DNA of 27,832 nucleotides from a virus (taxonomy: Duplodnaviria; Caudoviricetes): IMG/VR virus record IMGVR_UViG_3300033076_000149, positions 1 through 27,832 of that record. One strand, written 5' to 3'. Position 1 is the stretch's first letter, and each line of letters begins with the position of its first letter. Position numbers and translations under genes: made by a program. The notes beneath the pieces are model-generated. The model was not told the DNA's origin, did no database searches, and was given only the letters and a program-made list of their open reading frames with translations. This document shows positions 7,925-17,336 of the stretch, piece after piece.

Positions 7925-8407
7925 TTACACCTTCACAATGCCGTCAGAACGCACAATAAATAGCAAAAAGATAATGCTATCTTGTGCCGGATTGTTTGTA
8001 TCGCTAGGAAAACCAATTTTAATCCGACCAGAGAAGCCAGCGCCATTAACGCTATTAATAGCCATTTGGTCATCTGTGCTTAACAAATCCCATGAATCAT
8101 CATCAATAACAAGCGTAAAAGAGCCTGTTTCATCAACACGATTGGTGATCGTTAGTGGAATTGGGTCTGGAGTTGGCGTGTAATCTGCAATGTCAAACGT
8201 CAGCCCGTAGCGACTATCATGTACGTTACTTAATTGCCTACGGATAATTTGAGCGTCAATGGTTGCACCAGTTAAATCAACTGGTGTAGACCCATTGGAC
8301 ATAGCCAAATTCCAAAATGTTTTTTGCTGATAAACCAATTCACCAGCAATAATTGGGTTATCAAACCCACTAACCTGTGTCAGCGAGTTTTTGTTAAATA
8401 CTGCCAT
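7925..8407 (-). CDS. putative fibre-anchoring/baseplate upper-like protein
   Basis: 160 aa; PVDLTGATIDAQIIR motif resembling BppU-type N-terminal domains; strong SD TAAGGAG; first gene after the tail-tip gene. Confidence 0.55.
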   Translation of the reverse strand: MAVFNKNSLTQVSGFDNPIIAGELVYQQKTFWNLAMSNGSTPVDLTGATIDAQIIRRQLSNVHDSRYGLTFDIADYTPTPDPIPLTITNRVDETGSFTLVIDDDSWDLLSTDDQMAINSVNGAGFSGRIKIGFPSDTNNPAQDSIIFLLFIVRSDGIVKV

Positions 8408-8462
8408 GATTTCTCCTTACTAGGGGTTATGCCTTTATGTTCTCACAAAGGCACGAATCATG
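8405..8462 (-). promoter_or_regulatory. structured leader covering SD and start codon
   Basis: Nested inverted repeats: 8405-8411/8456-8462 (7 bp, includes the ATG) and 8430-8439/8444-8453 (10 bp with one G-U). Confidence 0.5.
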
Positions 8463-8478
8463 TCTTGTTCTGTGCATT

Positions 8479-11400
8479 TTAACCACATAAATAGATACAA
8501 GCAACAAGAACTGGCGTTGTTGTGTCCGTAAATGTGACCGCTTCACGGGCTTTGGCAACCGTATAATTTTTTACAATATCATCAGCCTGTTTCATGCCAA
8601 CGCCTGGAACAGAACTGGTTACGATAAGATCGCCAGCAGCAATATTGCCATTTTCACCGCAGACATAGACTTGACCTTCGCCTACTGCATTGGCAGCGCA
8701 ATAATTATATGAATCTTTATATTCATCATATTCTGGATACATGACAACTCTAGGATTTGTTTCAGAATAATCAATATAATCAATAAAAGCCGCTGGTTTT
8801 GTATTTGCAAGCAATCCATTATTAAGAACCATAACTCCAATGCTTGCTTGATTTTGTGCATTAGAAATTGACACTTCAAATACTGTGTTTGAAATGTTTT
8901 TCTTGATTAAACATTTTACATCTTTAACTATGTATCCAATTTCTATGCTTTGGCTAATTGGAACCATGACATCGTGAGCGCCAGTAAATGGCCCGTAGTT
9001 AGTGCCAGCACCATCAGCATAAAAATCATAACCAATACTTGAACCAACAAGTCCGCTAGTTGATGTATAGCCTGTTGTTGCTTTATTAATTCCTCTCATT
9101 CCATGATTGGAACCACCGGCAATTAATGCTGTTCCAAATAATCCAACCCCATTTGTTGTGCTAATACCAGAAACGCCATCACCAATGTTTGAACCATAAA
9201 TTGCAGGAATATCAATTCCTGGATAATTTCCACCGGCTCTATTTTGATAAGCTGAAATAATAGGATACAAAGGAGGATTGGAAACTGAATTGCAATACAA
9301 CGTGCCACTAGTGCCGCCTAATTTTGCAATTTCAGTATTTGTTGAATCATAGATTGATAAATAATTTGTTGATCCGGTCATTGCAACTCGTTGACCAGAT
9401 GTTGCTGTTTGAATTGTGCCGCCTGTGATTGTTACGCCTGTGATACTGCCAGCCGTTATCGTGCCAAGATTTGCGCTAATAGCAGACAAGCTGCCAACTT
9501 TAAGCGTTGACAAATACGGAACATTCCAAACAGTATTGCCAGAAGATGGCGAATAAATGCCATCTGATTGCCATACTGATTCGCCAGCCACGATAGTTTG
9601 CGGCGTTGCTTCCCAAACAGTACCAGTACCCCATGAATCATTAGGAGGAAATGAACTGCTACCAGATGTTGTAATAGTTGATGGCGTTGAATTTAGGCTT
9701 GAAAGAGTTGTTTTTGTATAGCAAATGCGAGCCGATGAACCTGCCGTACCGCTATTGCCTCTCGCGGTAATTCCGGCAAGCGTCCAATTGATTGTTGAAG
9801 TCACATCTGTTGCCAATGCAATTAACTGAACTGATGCACCCCAAAGCGTATAGCCAGAACCAGGAGCGGCCGGTGGAGATGTGTACCATCCGCTAGGCGT
9901 TGGCGTGAAATCACCTGTTGACCATGTGTAAGTAGAAGTCCCAACTGGGCCGCTAGGAATTGTTATTGCCCATTGATAAACCGTTGGAGATGCAGATTGT
10001 TTACCTGGTTCGCCTTGTGCTGCGTAAGCAAACTGAATTGAAGCAGGTGTGGCTTGTGAAATATCTCCAGAACCATCTTTGTACCGCACAGGCACAAATA
10101 CAGTTGCGACATCTGATGACATTGCAGTTGGCGCAGGGAATTGCGCGAAAGTTCCACCATCAGTAGGATTGCCCACAGTAATGTTAGTTTTGACGATGTC
10201 GCCAAAACCGCCTGTGCTAGATGCGCCAATTCGCCAAGAATTGTTTACAAATGAGGCATCGCTATCATCTTGAGCCATTGAAAAATCTACTGGGCCAAGA
10301 CCATTATTGCCATAAAGTTGGAACGTAATTCCTGTGAAATCGGCAGTCGTTCCATTGTAAGGAACCAACAAAACGGACGGAGCAAAGTTTGTCTGGAATG
10401 TTCTAATGCTGGTTGGGTCTGGAGCCCACACAAACGGCAAAGACATCGCAGACAATGGCGATGAATAGTAGCTGTTGCTTACTTTGTATGCAAAATAGTA
10501 AGTTCCTTCTGTGAGATATATGTTGGCAAAAGTTACCGTTGAATTTTGTGGATATGTTGTCGAATTAGAAAGTGCAACATTTGTGTATAAATGCCAATCT
10601 CCTGCCGTTGGCGTAGCTGTTGTTGAATAAAACAACGATATAGAAGTTACAAGACCCGTAGTAGGTGTAAAGCAATTTACATCGAATGATGGCAAAATAG
10701 CATACGGTTGCGAATCCGTGATGGTTGGCGCTGTTAGTGTGCTGAAATACCCCAATGAAGGCAATTCTGTGTTTCCAGCAGGGTTGAATTGCGTGATGTT
10801 GAAATTGTCATAAACTTGTGCGTTGTATTCAACAAGTTGCAGTTGCGCACCGAGCGAACCATCTTGCGTCACAGCTTCTCTAACTTGCATACAACGGAAC
10901 AATTTTTCATTCCATCCGTAAGCAGAGTTTGTAACAGAAACAACATCACCAGCGGAAAGCTGGATTCCGACATAGTTGGTGTTGATTGTTACCGTCAAAT
11001 CTTCCCGTCCTTGCTCTAATATGCGGTTGGCAAGGTACAAGGCTTGAACGCTATCATTGACTAATTCATAGGTTGTCGTTTGTTTATTGACCGGCTCGTT
11101 TGGATAAAGCAATGCCGTTGGGACAGATTCTGTGGCGTAGTTGTATTGATCTCGATTTGTTTTGTCTGGGAACTTTGCTTCAATAATGTTTGGTGCTTGA
11201 GCAAGTTCTATCGTCCCTACGTTGATGCTACCAATGATATTGTTGTCACTCAACGCAAGTTGGGCGTTTTGTGCTTTGTTGATAACAACGCTCCATTTGC
11301 CGTTTTCTGCGCTATAAGAAGTCCATGAATCACACGCTTGCATGATGTCATCAATGTTCTTCAATACAGCTTTGCCTGTGTCAATAACCCCGTTTATTCT

Positions 11401-12267
11401 GTAACGCGGTTGCGTTTGCGGATTGCCTTCATAATCATTGAATGTGATAACTTCATCAGAATATGTATTGAGAGCCGTTGCTGCTGCACTATCTACAAAT
11501 TCTGCATCAACCGCAGCGCCATAAATCTGATTTGTCATGTAGTCATACCAGACATCACCAGGTTTTGCGACACCTGTTCCATTCAAATAATGACTACAAT
11601 GATAAGTAATAGGTTGTAGTTGTGTTGTTCCGGCATCTCTGTTGTATTCAAGAAGGATAATTGCAAAAGCCAATCCATTCATATTGCGAATTGTGCCGGT
11701 AGGATCCCATCGCAATTCTTCTGGAATGTTTGTGTTACCCATTACAAACCATTCCCAAGGCAAGTAAGGACTATTCTGTGGAGTGATGTTGCCGTTTTTG
11801 TCAGATGTGTAAAGGAAGATTTGCAATCTATGTTGACCACCTCCAACTATAGATGTATCAACATTGCCAGCGCCATCTGTAAGACTAACTACACGCCAAG
11901 GATCTGTCGTATCAAAAGTGATAAGTCTGTCACCATAATAGAACTTGGATGTGTCAAAACTGAATTGACCATTTTCGCTGATACAAGAAATCGCATGAAC
12001 ATAATACATACGCGATTGATCTGATGTAATAACAGCATCAACAAATCGACCACCAATAAAAGCATCGCCATAAACGACAGGCATTGGATTGGTAGTATCT
12101 GGCGGAACTTGTGCGCGGACTCCAGGATCTGTTTGTGTTGTGCCGCGCAATCCGTCTGGTTGAGTCAATGAAGAAACAACATAGGAAAGAGCGACCATTG
12201 CAACAAACGTAAGAACCTGACCTACAGTAATGGTTCCGATGATTACTATTGATGTAAATGCTGGCAT
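8479..12267 (-). CDS. tail tip / central fibre protein (gpJ-like host specificity protein)
   Basis: 1262 aa after tape measure, distal tail and hub genes; PVVYG motif near the N-terminus, RYRINGVID, LSAGDVVSVT...FR...V.E, LSAISANLGTITAG fibre junction and a C-terminal FTGAH...ACIYLCG domain. Confidence 0.85.
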   Translation of the reverse strand: MPAFTSIVIIGTITVGQVLTFVAMVALSYVVSSLTQPDGLRGTTQTDPGVRAQVPPDTTNPMPVVYGDAFIGGRFVDAVITSDQSRMYYVHAISCISENGQFSFDTSKFYYGDRLITFDTTDPWRVVSLTDGAGNVDTSIVGGGQHRLQIFLYTSDKNGNITPQNSPYLPWEWFVMGNTNIPEELRWDPTGTIRNMNGLAFAIILLEYNRDAGTTQLQPITYHCSHYLNGTGVAKPGDVWYDYMTNQIYGAAVDAEFVDSAAATALNTYSDEVITFNDYEGNPQTQPRYRINGVIDTGKAVLKNIDDIMQACDSWTSYSAENGKWSVVINKAQNAQLALSDNNIIGSINVGTIELAQAPNIIEAKFPDKTNRDQYNYATESVPTALLYPNEPVNKQTTTYELVNDSVQALYLANRILEQGREDLTVTINTNYVGIQLSAGDVVSVTNSAYGWNEKLFRCMQVREAVTQDGSLGAQLQLVEYNAQVYDNFNITQFNPAGNTELPSLGYFSTLTAPTITDSQPYAILPSFDVNCFTPTTGLVTSISLFYSTTATPTAGDWHLYTNVALSNSTTYPQNSTVTFANIYLTEGTYYFAYKVSNSYYSSPLSAMSLPFVWAPDPTSIRTFQTNFAPSVLLVPYNGTTADFTGITFQLYGNNGLGPVDFSMAQDDSDASFVNNSWRIGASSTGGFGDIVKTNITVGNPTDGGTFAQFPAPTAMSSDVATVFVPVRYKDGSGDISQATPASIQFAYAAQGEPGKQSASPTVYQWAITIPSGPVGTSTYTWSTGDFTPTPSGWYTSPPAAPGSGYTLWGASVQLIALATDVTSTINWTLAGITARGNSGTAGSSARICYTKTTLSSLNSTPSTITTSGSSSFPPNDSWGTGTVWEATPQTIVAGESVWQSDGIYSPSSGNTVWNVPYLSTLKVGSLSAISANLGTITAGSITGVTITGGTIQTATSGQRVAMTGSTNYLSIYDSTNTEIAKLGGTSGTLYCNSVSNPPLYPIISAYQNRAGGNYPGIDIPAIYGSNIGDGVSGISTTNGVGLFGTALIAGGSNHGMRGINKATTGYTSTSGLVGSSIGYDFYADGAGTNYGPFTGAHDVMVPISQSIEIGYIVKDVKCLIKKNISNTVFEVSISNAQNQASIGVMVLNNGLLANTKPAAFIDYIDYSETNPRVVMYPEYDEYKDSYNYCAANAVGEGQVYVCGENGNIAAGDLIVTSSVPGVGMKQADDIVKNYTVAKAREAVTFTDTTTPVLVACIYLCG

Positions 12268-12270
12268 TGG

Positions 12271-12717
12271 TCAATCCTTTATGTACGCTGTTTCTAACAT
12301 TGTATAGCCACGTTTTTCAAAATTTATTTTTGGACTTTTCACAGTCAAAGAAGTTTTGATAAGTTTGATTCTTCCGCTAGCTTTCAACTTTTCTGCTTCT
12401 CTGTCAAACTCTATCCACAACTTGCCACCTATTGTTGAGTTGCGATGCTCTGGATAAACCCACCATGCAAGTTCAGACAATTCTAAAATTTTAGGATTCC
12501 AAACATTTGGAACTATGATTGCCGCTAAAAATCCACGCTCATCATCATCCATCAAGACAAATCCGCAACCAGCAATAATTGTCATCAACAATGATGAGAG
12601 ATATTTTTCGTCAAACCATTGTGGATCATTAGCTAGTCCACATGGAAATTCGGCCGCATAACCATTGACCATTTGAAGCAATTTTGGAATGTCGTATTTT
12701 GTTGCTTTTCGTATCAT
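12271..12717 (-). CDS. GNAT-fold acetyltransferase-like protein
   Basis: MIRKATKYDIP start, WWVYPEHRNSTIGGKL (acetyl-CoA binding motif A-like) and FEKRGY. Confidence 0.8.
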   Translation of the reverse strand: MIRKATKYDIPKLLQMVNGYAAEFPCGLANDPQWFDEKYLSSLLMTIIAGCGFVLMDDDERGFLAAIIVPNVWNPKILELSELAWWVYPEHRNSTIGGKLWIEFDREAEKLKASGRIKLIKTSLTVKSPKINFEKRGYTMLETAYIKD

Positions 12718-12719
12718 TT

Positions 12720-13394
12720 TTATCCTTGATAAGTAGTGTCTGTATTTGGTGTATCGGTTGATTCTGTTCCAGCACCGCTGTTTGAATTTGTAGGAGTTGC
12801 CTGACTTCCACCGATTGGTGCTTTACCAAAGTCAAAATAAGTTGAAGCAATGATGGCTACGCGATTCATGCTTGTATCATTTGGGTAAAAATACTGCCAG
12901 CTTTTTTGATTTGTTTTGATGCCAGCGATACGGGCATCCAGAACGGCTCGCATAGATGTGCTTAACAACGTGCAAGTCGCTACACGGGTTTTGGCTTCTT
13001 CGTTGTAATCTTCTTGAATGGAAACGCTATTGATGATTCCTTGATACCTTCTGAAAAATTGTTGTGTAGGTGTTTGTATGATTTGATTGTTTGCATCTAA
13101 AAAACCGCGCCAGATTTCCACCATGCTGCCTTTAATATCTTTACTCAAAATCAAAGCAATGTTTTCTGGGTTGATGCCTGTCAATGACAGTTTGAAATCT
13201 TGGCTTGTTGATTTGACATTTCTATTGATTTCGCTGATGTCAAGTAAACTTCCCATGCCTTCAAACTCAATACCATCAACTGTAATGGAAGAAGCCGCAT
13301 TGCAAAATGTAAATGTAGCGTCTGGCAAAGTTAGTCTGACAAACTCCGCAAATTTGATGTGAGCAGAGTTCAGCGCATTAATTGGAGTTACCAT
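12720..13394 (-). CDS. minor tail protein (hub/gpL-like position)
   Basis: 224 aa between the distal tail candidate and tail tip; IEFEGMGSLLDIS, LSLTGI and VEIWRGFLD patterns. Confidence 0.65.
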   Translation of the reverse strand: MVTPINALNSAHIKFAEFVRLTLPDATFTFCNAASSITVDGIEFEGMGSLLDISEINRNVKSTSQDFKLSLTGINPENIALILSKDIKGSMVEIWRGFLDANNQIIQTPTQQFFRRYQGIINSVSIQEDYNEEAKTRVATCTLLSTSMRAVLDARIAGIKTNQKSWQYFYPNDTSMNRVAIIASTYFDFGKAPIGGSQATPTNSNSGAGTESTDTPNTDTTYQG

Positions 13395-13397
13395 GTT

Positions 13398-14000
13398 TTA
13401 TCCTATAACGTATTCGCGGAATACAAAATTATCTGACCATTCTACAAATGCCCCGTTAGACATTGGGTTCAAAATGTATGTCGGGCATTTGTCTGCTATT
13501 ACATTGAACGTCACATCTTTGCCCAATATCAATGTAGCTCCTGCGGTTGGCGAACCAATAACAGGTCTATGAATTGTCACATATTCACCATTAGAATTTT
13601 CTGTGACCTTGTAAGGATAATCACCTATCTGCAAGAAATCGCCAGCTTTGAAAGAACCATTGCTTGTCAAATGCAAAATTTGAGAATTTGGCAATGGTGT
13701 TGTCGCTAATGTTGCAGAAGTAGCTGTTCCACGATTAGTTGTAAACCAATTCAAATTATCTGTGTTGAACGTAATAGTCTGCGGAATTGTTCTGTCAGAG
13801 TTGTCGATGGATTGAATAATATCACGCACTTGAGGATAGTAAAGATATTGGTGCGGCCTTACTGTGAACACCCAAGGAACAGCAGTTAGATAATCAGCCG
13901 TTGTGACATATCCAGAACGTGCAACTTGAATGCCCGTTGTTCTGCGGTTGTTGACTTCCATACTTTGCTGGATGTCAAAGATTGTTTGAAAACCAGCCAT
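13398..14000 (-). CDS. distal tail protein-like minor tail protein
   Basis: 200 aa directly after the tape measure (1-bp overlap); FKAGDFLQIG and terminal FVFRE patterns; synteny. Confidence 0.6.
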   Translation of the reverse strand: MAGFQTIFDIQQSMEVNNRRTTGIQVARSGYVTTADYLTAVPWVFTVRPHQYLYYPQVRDIIQSIDNSDRTIPQTITFNTDNLNWFTTNRGTATSATLATTPLPNSQILHLTSNGSFKAGDFLQIGDYPYKVTENSNGEYVTIHRPVIGSPTAGATLILGKDVTFNVIADKCPTYILNPMSNGAFVEWSDNFVFREYVIG

Positions 14001-15955
14001 TATGACCTCGTTCGTGAATTAGAAATGTTCCTGTTTGCGTATTGATTTGCTGCCCATACTGCCCGACTGCTGCCATAAATACGATCTTCAAAAGACTTTG
14101 TATCAATAGCGTCAATGTAATTGTTGGTGATGTTAGTTACGCCGCCACTCATGCCGCCAAGTTTATTGTTTGGAATGATCGTTCCAGAACGTCCTGGAAC
14201 AATCAGTTCTGGGCCATTTTCACCAACATAATATGGCTGACCGGCATTAATATCGCCGCCATCAGCGTTGCCAATTGGCGTAATAGTCATCGTTGCACCG
14301 GCAACTTCTGCGCTACCGGCTGAAGTTAAACCTTCGCTGGTGTATGGTGTACCTGTAACTCCTCCAGCAAAAGCACCAACCGCTGCTCCAAGCAAACTAG
14401 AAAATAGCTTTGACGTTGCCGCTTGCATCTGAATACGAATCATATCGGCAATAATGGCGTTGGCAAAATCCTTAAAGCTAAACTTGCCGGTTCTGACAAA
14501 GTTTGTCAAAGCCAATGTCATTCCGTTAAACAAAGCGTCAACGGATTGCTGAACAACCGCTGCATTATTGATAGCCATTTCTTGATACTTCTGATAAGAA
14601 GCAGCCCAACCGCCTTCATAAGATTGCTGGATGTTTTGCTGTGCAATAGTCAAATCAACAATTTGCGTTTTGTAAGCTTCAGTCAGTTCATTGACTTTGT
14701 CAATTTGTTGTTGCAAAGCATCAATAACTTTACGATCAGCGCCGGTTTCTCTGGCAACATCAATCTTATTTTGAAGCTGTGCAATTTGTTCATCACGCTT
14801 TTTGTCAAGATCATAAAGAACTTGAGCAACTTGCGCTTCGTTTTGCGTCATAAACAATTTGCTAGTTTGAAGCTGTATGCCTTCAGCCTGATACTTTAAT
14901 TGCGTCTTATATGTCGCTGTAATCTGTTCAATGGTTGCCAATTCTTTGAGCAACTGGTTTTGTTTTGCAAGATCACCTTTATCGACATAAGGCGTAACGG
15001 TACGACCACCACCGCTATCAGTTCTTTTTTCTGCTTTTTCGGTTCCAAGCGTTGCCAATGATTTCATGTTGGCAAGGAATTCTTTGCCAGTTGCAGCATT
15101 AAGATCGGCTAAACTTGCGCCGCCTGGAGCAAGCGACTTCCAGACATTGCCCATTGCGGCAACGCCCATTTTAATAAATTCAACAACTGCGCCAATGCCG
15201 AAAATTAAACCTTCAAATGCTTTTTTGATGACATTAACAACAGAATCAACGACAGCGCCAAACCCTTTGAAATTAATTTCAGCAGTTGATAATGCCAATC
15301 CAAAAGTTTCAGCAAAGATTAATTTTGTTTTGAAGATAATGTTATTAAATTGGTCAAAAGCATCGCCCAATTTTCTAATAGCATTAACTTGATTATCTGT
15401 TGCGCCAACGCCATGCAGCATTTCATCAGATAGCTTTGTCAGATCAACGCCACGAATGGCTTTCCCCATTAGTTCAAATGCTGTCGCATTACGCTTGATG
15501 GGATCTTCCATTTTCTCAAGACCAGTCAAAGTCTTGGAAAACAATTGATCCATTGAAAGCTGGCTCAAATCTTTAAGGCTTACACCAACATTAGCAAATG
15601 ATTCTTGTAAGTTCTTGCTGCCGCCAGCAGCTTCATTAACTGCGCTTGTAAACTTGCCAAGAATCTTACCGGCATCATCTGCGCTGCCACCGCTTTGCGC
15701 CAATGCTTCAGACAAATCAAGCACGTTTGAAATTGTCATTTCATAGGCATCTGCTGTATCAGCAATCTCATCAGCAAAAGCCATGACCTTTGCGGCAGTT
15801 GCGGCAATAGCTGCGCCAACCGCGATTGCGCCGGTCTTTAGACCTTCAAATGTTTGCCCTAGGTCTTTGGTTTTACGCTTGGCATCTTCAATGCCAGTTG
15901 AAAACTCTGCTGTTTGCAGCCCCAGAATTACGCCAAGTCTTGCAATGTTTGCCAT
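14000..15955 (-). CDS. tail tape measure protein
   Basis: 651 aa, Ala-rich and helical; IARLGVILGLQTAEF start, lambda-type C-terminal FVRTGKFSFKDFANAIIADM and ADGG...YYVGENGPELIVP motifs; follows the frameshifting chaperone. Confidence 0.93.
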   Translation of the reverse strand: MANIARLGVILGLQTAEFSTGIEDAKRKTKDLGQTFEGLKTGAIAVGAAIAATAAKVMAFADEIADTADAYEMTISNVLDLSEALAQSGGSADDAGKILGKFTSAVNEAAGGSKNLQESFANVGVSLKDLSQLSMDQLFSKTLTGLEKMEDPIKRNATAFELMGKAIRGVDLTKLSDEMLHGVGATDNQVNAIRKLGDAFDQFNNIIFKTKLIFAETFGLALSTAEINFKGFGAVVDSVVNVIKKAFEGLIFGIGAVVEFIKMGVAAMGNVWKSLAPGGASLADLNAATGKEFLANMKSLATLGTEKAEKRTDSGGGRTVTPYVDKGDLAKQNQLLKELATIEQITATYKTQLKYQAEGIQLQTSKLFMTQNEAQVAQVLYDLDKKRDEQIAQLQNKIDVARETGADRKVIDALQQQIDKVNELTEAYKTQIVDLTIAQQNIQQSYEGGWAASYQKYQEMAINNAAVVQQSVDALFNGMTLALTNFVRTGKFSFKDFANAIIADMIRIQMQAATSKLFSSLLGAAVGAFAGGVTGTPYTSEGLTSAGSAEVAGATMTITPIGNADGGDINAGQPYYVGENGPELIVPGRSGTIIPNNKLGGMSGGVTNITNNYIDAIDTKSFEDRIYGSSRAVWAANQYANRNISNSRTRS

Positions 15956-16305
15956 TATTTACCCTTAAACAAAACGCTAGGAGCGCCAGGGCTTTGCATT
16001 GCAAAAGCTAATAGGTTGGCGCTTACTTGCTTTTTCTTGTCCTGTTCTGATAGCGGCGGGTATAAATAATCATAAGCCAGCGGAATTATAGATTGAAGTT
16101 TATATGGTGTATGGCCTTTGGGCAATACTTTATTGAATTGAACCGCCGTCAAATTTCCAAGCACTTCTAATAAGCCACCATTTCCAATCATGCCGTCATT
16201 AAACATAACGCATATATCGGAAAAAGTTTCTTCGTCAACCGTTGCAGGGTCAGTTCCGTGAGCAGTTAAATATGCTTTAACTTGCCGCCGTACTGACCCT
16301 ACGAT
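15955..16305 (-). CDS. tail assembly chaperone, -1 frameshift extension (gpT-like)
   Basis: The -1 frame is open from the A7 run (16305-16311): IVGSVRRQVKAYLTAHGTDPATVDEETFSDICV then joins track ORF 15955..16206. Confidence 0.85.
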   Translation of the reverse strand: MVGSVRRQVKAYLTAHGTDPATVDEETFSDICVMFNDGMIGNGGLLEVLGNLTAVQFNKVLPKGHTPYKLQSIIPLAYDYLYPPLSEQDKKKQVSANLLAFAMQSPGAPSVLFKGK

Positions 16306-16311
16306 TTTTTT
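16246..16311 (-). promoter_or_regulatory. programmed -1 ribosomal frameshift signal (A AAA AAA plus 3' hairpin)
   Basis: Heptamer at 16305-16311; 4 nt downstream AGGGTCAGT pairs perfectly with ACTGACCCT (16292-16300/16246-16254) and encloses AGTTAAA/TTTAACT. Confidence 0.85.
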
Positions 16312-16787
16312 CGCTGATCCTTATATTCTGGAGCGATGGTTTTGGCAATAGCTTCCATCATTTCGACTTGAATCGAAAATGGGAATAATTCTTCAATCAT
16401 TTCATAAGTAATTGATTCCATGTCAAAATCTTGTTGCTCTGGAATCAACAACTTAAACATTTCAACAATTCGCTTTTCGGCAATTGTCTTTTGTCTGGCA
16501 ACTTCTTTTACCGATTTGCCGTCAACCAATACATCATCTTCTAGGATTTCAATGCCTTTAATGGCATCTGCATCATCTCTGTTTTCAATGAATGTTTTGG
16601 TCATTTGCTCATAATACTTATTAGCAATAACCTCATCCGGTTCGCCAATGCGTTTGTGCATGGCTTCCATTTCAGACGTTAAAGGAACTTTAACCTTGAA
16701 CGTATGACCATTAAGATCAAATGAACGGGTACGAATTAGCTTGGTGTTTTCGGCAAACTTTTGCCCAAATGCGTTTGCAAACGTCAT
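16299..16787 (-). CDS. tail assembly chaperone (gpG-like)
   Basis: 162 aa, acidic, upstream of the tape measure; ends in slippery CGA-AAA-AAA-TCG-TAG. Confidence 0.85.
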   Translation of the reverse strand: MTFANAFGQKFAENTKLIRTRSFDLNGHTFKVKVPLTSEMEAMHKRIGEPDEVIANKYYEQMTKTFIENRDDADAIKGIEILEDDVLVDGKSVKEVARQKTIAEKRIVEMFKLLIPEQQDFDMESITYEMIEELFPFSIQVEMMEAIAKTIAPEYKDQRKKS

Positions 16788-16790
16788 GTT

Positions 16791-17336
16791 TTATCCTTTA
16801 GTAAATTTTGCCATACGCCTTGCGGCTCTGGCTTTGTATCGTTCCAACTCTGATTTTAATTCATTGCTCAATAGATTCAAAACGCCAGTAGTATTAGATT
16901 CCATTGCTGGACGCATAAATGGTTGCGCCGCTACGTTTGCCGTGCCAAATTCCATTGCCACCGCTCTAGCATCTGATTGAATACCAACTTGCTGAATTCC
17001 TGATTTTTTATTGTATCTATTATGAAATTTAATTTTTGCCAATTTCCAGCCAGGCGCAGTTGTTACCGCAGAAATAACTGTATCGCCTTCGTCAACATAT
17101 TTAGACCGCTTATCTTTACGACTTGGCTTTCTTGCTTCTAATTGCAAAGATGCTGAAAGAGCGCCGGTATCATTAGGCGCATGAAATTTTGCGTGAAGCA
17201 GAACAGGCTCCATTGCGTTTTTGACAGCCTTGCGCAATACGCCACGCGCATCTTTTTGACCTATATCATCAATCATACTTGTGAGAAGTTCATCAAATTC
17301 TTGGAACCCCTCAAAGTTTAATGATGCTTTAGCCAT
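16791..17336 (-). CDS. HK97 gp10-like tail completion protein
   Basis: FEGFQEF, APNDTGALSASL and MEFGTANVAAQPFMRPA motifs; ATG 17336 with AAGGA SD. Confidence 0.88.
   Translation of the reverse strand: MAKASLNFEGFQEFDELLTSMIDDIGQKDARGVLRKAVKNAMEPVLLHAKFHAPNDTGALSASLQLEARKPSRKDKRSKYVDEGDTVISAVTTAPGWKLAKIKFHNRYNKKSGIQQVGIQSDARAVAMEFGTANVAAQPFMRPAMESNTTGVLNLLSNELKSELERYKARAARRMAKFTKG

Noticed and set aside
2454-12267. Diversity-generating retroelement or invertible shufflon acting on fibre genes
   Set aside because: No reverse transcriptase or invertase in the window, all fibre genes are co-oriented, and I saw no near-identical template/variable repeat pair; cannot be excluded outside the window.
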